Assembly (NCBI RefSeq): GCF_001194135.2
Contig: NC_069006.1
Span: 4,565,436-4,629,435 of the forward strand
Direction of reading: 5' to 3'
DNA: 64,000 nt
From: Octopus bimaculoides
Lineage: Eukaryota
Shown: positions 55,907 through 64,000 of the stretch, in pieces
Numbering within the stretch: position 1 is the stretch's first letter
Layout: every line of letters starts with the position of its first letter
Program-made: the position numbers and the translations under genes
The notes under the pieces: generated by a model
Database searches by the model: none
What the model saw: the letters and a program-made list of their open reading frames with translations, nothing else
What the model was told of the DNA's origin: nothing

Positions 55907-58480
55907 TATATACCGGAGTAAGCACATAAAATGTGCAACAAGGGGGAAAAAAGAGTACTCAAATACCAGAGGTAGAGTAATATGCTTTATTTAAAAGCAG
56001 CAGAAATATAACAAAAGACTGTTACTCTGAGTTTCACGTTCCCGTTCATCAGACAGTTTTGTTAGAAATGGGAAAGGAATTACAATACAATCATAAGTAA
56101 TATAAAATTTAAAATTTGAAACACATAGATCTGTTTGAATGGTCGTTTCAAATAACGGTCATGGATGCGTAATGAACAAAACAAATGAATTTAATATAGA
56201 TTCATCCTATTTTTTTTTAAATCGAAGAAAACCTTAAATAGAAAAATGGGTTCAAGTTACATATAAATATATTTCTAAATCTCTCTGAGAGATTTAGAAA
56301 TGTATTATTTTTATTTTTGGAATCAGTGAATGTGTTTCACTAGAATTATCATATATTTATGAGAGCTTGACAGGCATCTTCAACTAGCAGGCCATTGGTA
56401 CTCCAGACTGATGACAAGCAAAGACTCAGAAACATGTCTCTGGATGCAGGCTTAGCTGGGTGGAGGTGCTTGTCTCCCCCTTGTAAACATAAGGACACAG
56501 GAAATGTGTCAAGACCGACAGGAAGTGGTGCAGCTTCCTAGGGCTAGATAGCAGTAGTATTATTCCCTTCATGGGACTGTCACATTAAGTTGACAGCATA
56601 CAACTACTTTATATATGTATGTATGTATGTATGTGTATGTGTATGTATGTATGTGTGGAGGCGCATTGGCCCAGTGGTTAGGGCAGCGGACTCGAGGTCA
56701 TAGGATCGCGGTTTCGATTCCCAGACCGGGCGTTGTGAGTGTTTATTGAGCAAAAACACCTAAAGCTCCACGGGGCTCCAGCAGGGGATGGTGGCGAACC
56801 CTGCTGTACTCTTTCACCACAACTTTCTCTCACTCTTACTTCCTGTTTCTGTTGTGCCTGTAATTCAAAGGGTCAGCCTTGTCACGCTGTGTCACGCTGA
56901 ATATCCCCGAGAACTACGTTAAGGGTACACATGTCTGTGGAGTGCTCAGCCACTTGCACGTTAATTTCACGAGCAGGCTGTTCCATTGNNNNNNNNNNNN
57001 NNNNNNNNNNNNNNNNNNNNNNNNNNNNNNNNNNNNNNNNNNNNNNNNNNNNNNNNNNNNNNNNNNNNNNNNNNNNNNNNNNNNNNNNNNNNNNNNNNNN
57101 NNNNNNNNNNNNNNNNNNNNNNNNNNNNNNNNNNNNNNNNNNNNNNNNNNNNNNNNNNNNNNNNNNNNNNNNNNNNNNNNNNNNNNNNNNNNNNNNNNNN
57201 NNNNNNNNNNNNNNNNNNNNNNNNNNNNNNNNNNNNNNNNNNNNNNNNNNNNNNNNNNNNNNNNNNNNNNNNNNNNNNNNNNNNNNNNNNNNNNNNNNNN
57301 NNNNNNNNNNNNNNNNNNNNNNNNNNNNNNNNNNNNNNNNNNNNNNNNNNNNNNNNNNNNNNNNNNNNNNNNNNNNNNNNNNNNNNNNNNNNNNNNNNNN
57401 NNNNNNNNNNNNNNNNNNNNNNNNNNNNNNNNNNNNNNNNNNNNNNNNNNNNNNNNNNNNNNNNNNNNNNNNNNNNNNNNNNNNNNNNNNNNNNNNNNNN
57501 NNNNNNNNNNNNNNNNNNNNNNNNNNNNNNNNNNNNNNNNNNNNNNNNNNNNNNNNNNNNNNNNNNNNNNNNNNNNNNNNNNNNNNNNNNNNNNNNNNNN
57601 NNNNNNNNNNNNNNNNNNNNNNNNNNNNNNNNNNNNNNNNNNNNNNNNNNNNNNNNNNNNNNNNNNNNNNNNNNNNNNNNNNNNNNNNNNNNNNNNNNNN
57701 NNNNNNNNNNNNNNNNNNNNNNNNNNNNNNNNNNNNNNNNNNNNNNNNNNNNNNNNNNNNNNNNNNNNNNNNNNNNNATATATCATTTCATTTCAAGATT
57801 TCTTGCTAATAGAGAAAGAGCTAGTTTCTAACCTAGATCCAAGGTTCCTTCATTAGAATTTCAACATGAACAACAAAGTTTTTTGTTTGTATGTATGTAT
57901 ATGTATGTATGTATGTATATGTGCAGATTTGTATGTTTTGCTTTATGTATGTATTCTCGTGCATATAGTTGCATATCTAAACATGCTCATATATATTTGA
58001 ATGATAAACTTCTGGAAAGCTTTACAGATTTTTACAGTTCCGGTGATGGCTTGAATCTGTAGTCTTCGAATTAGCTTTCTCCTTTCTGGTTTTGAGAAGC
58101 CTAATTTATCAACAAGATTGGTATTTAGGCAGTGAGTTACAATGTATGTATGTATGAACGTATGTGTTTATATGTATGTGTGTGTATGTGTTTGTGTTTG
58201 TCCCTACCAGCCGCTTGACAATTGGTGTTGGTTTGTTTACGTCCCTGTAACTTAGTAGTTTAGGAAAAGACACTGATAGAAGAAGTACAAGGCTTAAAAA
58301 AAAATAATAAGTACTCAAGGTCAGAAATTTATTGAACTGGAAACCCATTGCGGGCAGTGGCTAGGGCAGGGCTGTTGTCCAATAACTGGAAAAAGTAAAA
58401 GATAAGGAAAAAGAAGAAAGAAAGAGAGAATGAGACAAATAAGAATAATAGTAATGATGATGATGATGATGATGATAGTA

Positions 58481-58513
<33 letters not shown>

Positions 58514-58514
<1 letters not shown>

Positions 58515-58830
58515 TAATAATAAGGTATGCTATAAGGAAGAAAAAAGTCGAGAGATATGACAGGTTAGCTTGGGAGGTTAAGCAGTTGTGGTTGATGAAA
58601 AAGGTGGTAGTAGTACCGATAATTGTTGAAGTAATAATTGGTGAGTAACAATTTTGAGAAGTACATGGAACAAATAGGGGCTGCAATAAGGGTGGAGCAC
58701 TTGCAGAAAGCAGCACTGCTTGGAACTGCTTGAATACCCTGGAAGGTGCTCGAAAAATAAGGGGCGTTACCTTAGTTCTCTGGTAGGGAACAGCTGACAC
58801 CGTAGTACATCTCCAGGGTTAGAAGCTGTG
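58514..58830 (+). mobile_element. R4/Dong-clade LINE 3' end
   Basis: KKVERYDRLAWEVKQLWLMKKVVVVPII..EHLQKAALLGTA*IPWKVLEK*, embedded in (TAA)n on both sides. Confidence 0.85.
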
Positions 58831-58865
58831 CAAAGGCAATAATAATAATAATAATAATAATAATG

Positions 58866-58896
<31 letters not shown>

Positions 58897-59547
58897 TGAT
58901 AATGATAATGATAATGATTAATAATAATAAAATTGAAGATAGGAAACATTTAAAAAAAGAAATAAATATTTTATGACGCAGCGGCCTGTGGCCTGCCCAG
59001 ACATGTGAACTGAGAGAAGATAAGGAACAAAAGGCTGTAAAGAGGGGATGGATGTGGGGGTGGGGGATTAAATGATACAGTGAGGGGTGGGGTCCTTATA
59101 CTATGAGTAACTGATTTTTATAAAGGGATTTAATGGTAGGGGCAGGGCTTATTGCTTATCATCATTGGAAGGTTCTTTAATGTTCTAAAGATCAGCAGAC
59201 CCAGAGCTACTCTCTCTCTCTCTCTCTCTCTCCTACCAAACATACACATAAATGCACTCACTGATACTCACACACACATACACACGCACACATACAAAAG
59301 TAGATATAAACTTATACATGGAGACATACATACACATAATTTTGCACACACACACACACAGACACACATATTCATGCTCACGCATAGATATGGATGAAAA
59401 CATACACAGGCATGGCTGTGTGGTAAGTAGCTTTCCAACCACATGGTTCCGTGGCACCTTAGGCAAGTGTCTTCTACTATAGCCTCATGTTGACCAAAAC
59501 CTTATGAGCGGATTTGGTAGACAGAAACTGAAAGAAGCCCATCATAT

Positions 59548-59581
<34 letters not shown>

Positions 59582-59857
59582 TAGTTTATATATATATTAA
59601 TATTATCTCAGTTTAAAAAAAACTTTGACATCAGACTGGAGCCTGGTGTTGCCATCCGGTTTCACCAGTCCTCAGTCAAATCGTCCAACCCATGCTAGCA
59701 TGGAAAGCGGACGTTAAACGATGATGATGATGATGATGATGAATGTAAATATGTTAATAGTTACCATGGGTAGCAAAAATTACACAAAAAACCAGGATAT
59801 CACACCCGTTTTATAGGTAGAGATACCCAGTTGAAGTGATGCATTTTGAGTAGATAT

Positions 59858-60066
59858 GAATAATAACAATAAATGGAGCAAAACGCATATAAATAAAAGT
59901 TCCTTTAATTCCTACATATGTTTCAAAATATATGTGTACTCTATTCCAAAGAAGTAAGAGCTGCTGGAATTCCTCATATATTCATCGTCACGGAACCAAC
60001 ATATAAAAGCAAGACAAAGGAACTTTTATTTATATGCGTTTTGCTCCATTTATTGTTATTATTCAT
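59858..60066. repeat. Inverted repeat, ~50-bp near-perfect arms, ~110-bp spacer
   Basis: atgaataataacaataaatggagcaaaacgcatataaataaaagttcctt and its reverse complement. Confidence 0.85.
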
Positions 60067-61510
60067 ATATATATATATATACTCTTTTACTTGTTTCAGT
60101 CAAATGACTGTGGCCATGCTGGAGCACTGCCTTTNNNNNNNNNNNNNNNNNNNNNNNNNNNNNNNNNNNNNNNNNNNNNNNNNNNNNNNNNNNNNNNNNN
60201 NNNNNNNNNNNNNNNNNNNNNNNNNNNNNNNNNNNNNNNNNNNNNNNNNNNNNNNNNNNNNNNNNNNNNNNNNNNNNNNNNNNNNNNNNNNNNNNNNNNN
60301 NNNNNNNNNNNNNNNNNNNNNNNNNNNNNNNNNNNNNNNNNNNNNNNNNNNNNNNNNNNNNNNNNNNNNNNNNNNNNNNNNNNNNNNNNNNNNNNTGACT
60401 GTGGCCATGCTGGAGCACTGCCTTTAGTTGAACAAATCGACCCCAGGACTTATTCTTTGTAAGCCTAGTACTTATTCTATCGGTCACTTTTGCTGAACCA
60501 CTAAGTTACGGGGACATAAACCCACCAACATTAGTTGTCAAGCAATGGGGGGGGGGGGCAAACACAGATACACACACACACATATATATGTATATATACA
60601 TGACAGGCTTCTTTTAGTTTCCGTCTACCAAATCCACTCACAAGGCTTTGGTTGGCCTGAGGCTATAGTAGAAGGCACTTGCCCAATGTGCCTTACAGTG
60701 AAGTTGAACTCAGAACCCTGTGGTTGGGAAGCAAGCTTCTTACCACACAGCCACTCCTATCTATACATATTTTTGCACACACACACACACACACACATGC
60801 TAATATTTAGACATATTCTTGCAGGTGCACACAGACACAGACACACACACAGACACACCCACATATACACATGAAAATATGTACACATTTATACATAGAG
60901 ACACTCACAGGCATAATTAAATAAAGACACAGACACACCCTTCGATACACATGCATATATTTACCGGGGGGGGGGGGGTGCTAGGGGTGCACTGCACACC
61001 CGTCGAAATGGCAAATTCATTATAAATATTAACCTTATTCATTAATTTAAACACAAGTCTTGATGGAAAACTTTTTGTTATACCCTTGCTTGTAATTTAG
61101 TGGCACTGTGTGTGACAGCACATCCAATATAGTGACCACCACATGCCACTGGCATTTACGCATATTTGCACATTCCATGCACACACCTATACACACTATA
61201 CACACACATGCACATGCACAGACACAACCCCTACATATATATACATAATGGACTCTCCCGTCGTTAGACAACGTATGAGGCTTCGACAGTTTCTTACCGG
61301 ACAATCACACAGATGCTTTGTTTATAGTGATCAAAATGGTTGTGTAGACACAAGCTCACTCCCTCCATCAAATCGACATTACCTGTACAGGTGCAATGGA
61401 GTGCCACATATCAGATGCCGAAATGAAGTGCTTTGTTCAAGAACACAATGCAACACCCTCTCTGGGAATTGAACCCACGATCTCGCAGTCGTGACACCAA
61501 CATTCTAACC

Positions 61511-61572
<62 letters not shown>

Positions 61573-61758
61573 TGCACTCATATATGGTTGTGTGAATATG
61601 AGGTTTGCTGAAACTATGCTGATTCTAGGCTCCGGAAAATCCTCTTATCACCAGGGCTGATGAGGGATTTCCATGCTTATTTGTCCTTTGTCCTTTTCCA
61701 TTAATTGTTTCCATGATCTATTTTGATTTTCTCCCCACCCCATTCTCTTTCTCTCCTA

Positions 61759-61790
<32 letters not shown>

Positions 61791-61955
61791 TACAGTTCTA
61801 TATTTAAAAGATGAGGAATTATGTTAATTATTTACATTATTTACATTTGACAGATATTTGTCCTCATCTTGTTTGTTGTTAACACAACATTTCTGCTGAT
61901 ATCCCCTCCAACCTTTGTCAGGGGTCCTCATTCCTAAGGTATATCTACTCCAATT

Positions 61956-62340
61956 ATGAAGAAAAGAGAGGATGAAACTAATAAACTGTCTACACTCTGT
62001 CTACCCTATGTGAAAGGCCTCTCCATAAAGATACAAAAGATATGCAGACCATATGACATCAGGACATTATTCAAGAGTAATACAACACTTCGCAAATATC
62101 TCCTTCGAGTAAAACCACCAATAGAAGAGAATATGACCAAAGACTGCGTGTACTCTATCCCATGCAGCTGTGGTAGGTTATACAAAGTGAAACATGCTCC
62201 CCCCCCTCAAAATAAGGGTAGACGAACATCGCAAAGCTGTGACACGAGGAGATAGTGATAAATCGGGTATAGCTGATCATGTATGGGAAAATGAAGACCA
62301 CCTCCCCCTGTGGGATGAAGTTAAAATAATAGACAGAGAA
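61956..62340 (+). mobile_element. Penelope-like element, GIY-YIG endonuclease fragment (frameshifted)
   Basis: LCLPYVKGLS..FKSNTTLRKYL..DCVYSIPCSCGRLYK / PLKIRVDEHRKAV..KSGIADHVW. Confidence 0.9.
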
Positions 62341-62789
62341 TGTTGTGTGTGTGTGTGTGTGTGTATGTTGGCACTCCGTTGCTTACGACGTCGAGGTTTC
62401 CAGTTGATCTGATCAACGGAACAGCCTGCTCATGAAATTAATGTGCAAGTGGCTGAGCACTCCACAGACACGTGTACCCTTAACATAGTTCTCGGGGATA
62501 TTCAGCGTGACACAGTGTGACAAGGCTGACCCTTTGAATTACAGGNNNNNNNNNNNNNNNNNNNNNNNNNNNNNNNNNNNNNNNNNNNNNNNNNNNNNNN
62601 NNNNNNNNNNNNNNNNNNNNNNNNNNNNNNNNNNNNNNNNNNNNNNNNNNNNNNNNNNNNNNNNNNNNNNNNNNNNNNNNNNNNNNNNNNNNNNNNNNNN
62701 NNNNNNNNNNNNNNNNNNNNNNNNNNNNNNNNNNNNNNNNNNNNNNNNNNNNNNNNNNNNNNNNNNNNNNNNNNNNNCAGAAACCAAAA

Positions 62790-62832
<43 letters not shown>

Positions 62833-64000
62833 AGGAGGAGGAGGAGGAGGAGGAGGAGGATAGTGATGATTTCTCAGTAGCTGAAAGTAAACAACAATTA
62901 CAAAGATAAGACGAGGCAGTTTGATTTATTTATTGCTGACAGGATTAGAATTTGTTTGTTGATTTATTCAGGAGAAGGTATTTCCTTTGCTTCGAGAACA
63001 GTCAGACAGGCAGTCAGAGAGAGCATGTACTTAGTAACCAGCAGTCTTGTTTGCACTTGGCTTAATCAGATTGAACTTTGGACGATAGATAAAGGGGTAG
63101 ATGTTACTGTGGGGTTTAAAAGGCTTACTTGAGAACCATGTGGTCTCAAGTGCCATCCCGCTGCGTCACACCTTTGGGAAGTGTCTTTGACTACATAGAC
63201 AGGGGTTGACCAATGCCTTGTGAGTGGATTTGGTAAATGGAAACTGTATGGAAGCCTGTCACATATGGGTATGTGTGTGTGTGTGTGTGTGTGTTATGGT
63301 ATCACAGTATTGTCCTGTTGAGGCGCAATGGCCCAGTAGTTAGGGCAGCAGACACTCGGTCATAGGATCGCGGGTTCGATTCCCAGACCGGGTGTTGTGA
63401 GTGTTTATTGAGCGAAAACACCTAAAGTTCCACGAGGCTCTGGCAGGGGATGGTGGCGAACCCTGCTGTACTCTTCCACCACAACTTTCTCTCACTCTTA
63501 CTTCCTGTTTCTGTTGTACCTGTAATTCAAAAGGTCAGCCTTGTCACACTGTGTCACGCTGAATCTCCCCAAGAACTATGTTAAGGGTACACGTGTCTGT
63601 GGAGTGCTCAGCCACTTGCACGTTAATTTCACGAGCAAGCTGTTCCATTGATCGGATCGACTGGAGCCCTCGACGTCGTAAGCGACGGAGTGCCAACAAC
63701 AAGTATTGACCAGACAGACTATCAGATGTTGTTATATATCACTGGTCACAGTGCGCTTTACATTGCGTTAACTTGTGAATGATGTCACTCTGCTGGCTAG
63801 GTGGGTAGGGCCAACATTGCCCCCTGATCGGAAGATTAGTCCATCACAGGGAGACCCATTGACTGCTGAGTGGATTGGGACAACATGAGATGAAGTGTTT
63901 TGTTCAAGAACACTATGTGAAAACTTGTCCAGGAATTGAACCCTTGATCTAGCATTTGTAAGTGCAACACCCTAACCACTAGACCATGCATATATGTGTG

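Noticed and set aside
63320-63400. tRNA-like A/B boxes as a tRNA gene (also 4207, 56656, 26090)
   Set aside because: They continue into conserved SINE bodies present in many copies, and a complete cloverleaf is not evident.

Overview
AT-rich, intron- and repeat-dominated animal genomic DNA with many N gaps. The SINE/MITE repertoire and the (TA)n/(TG)n/(ATT)n load suggest an octopus or other cephalopod (inference). One gene is securely recognisable: a + strand ARF-family small GTPase with coding exons at 11830-11907, 21661-21898 and 26286-26635. Its FNVE..WDVGGQ exon and its start exon are not visible, and it carries an unusual ~92-aa C-terminal tail. A pair of RFX X-box-like motifs at 6902-6967 marks a possible (bidirectional) ciliary-type promoter. 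The rest is mostly mobile DNA: a ~1.9 kb Helitron with both termini and an STPR-like ORF remnant, a decayed full-length TRT/DD37E-type Tc1 element, R4/Dong LINE 3' ends inside (TAA)n, a fragmented CR1/Jockey-like LINE, mariner, maT-like and Penelope fragments, Merlin-like, hAT and piggyBac-like MITEs, and about five SINE families. Several splice-bounded open frames may belong to additional unidentified genes (low confidence). Almost all ORFs in the supplied track are microsatellite or N-gap artefacts.
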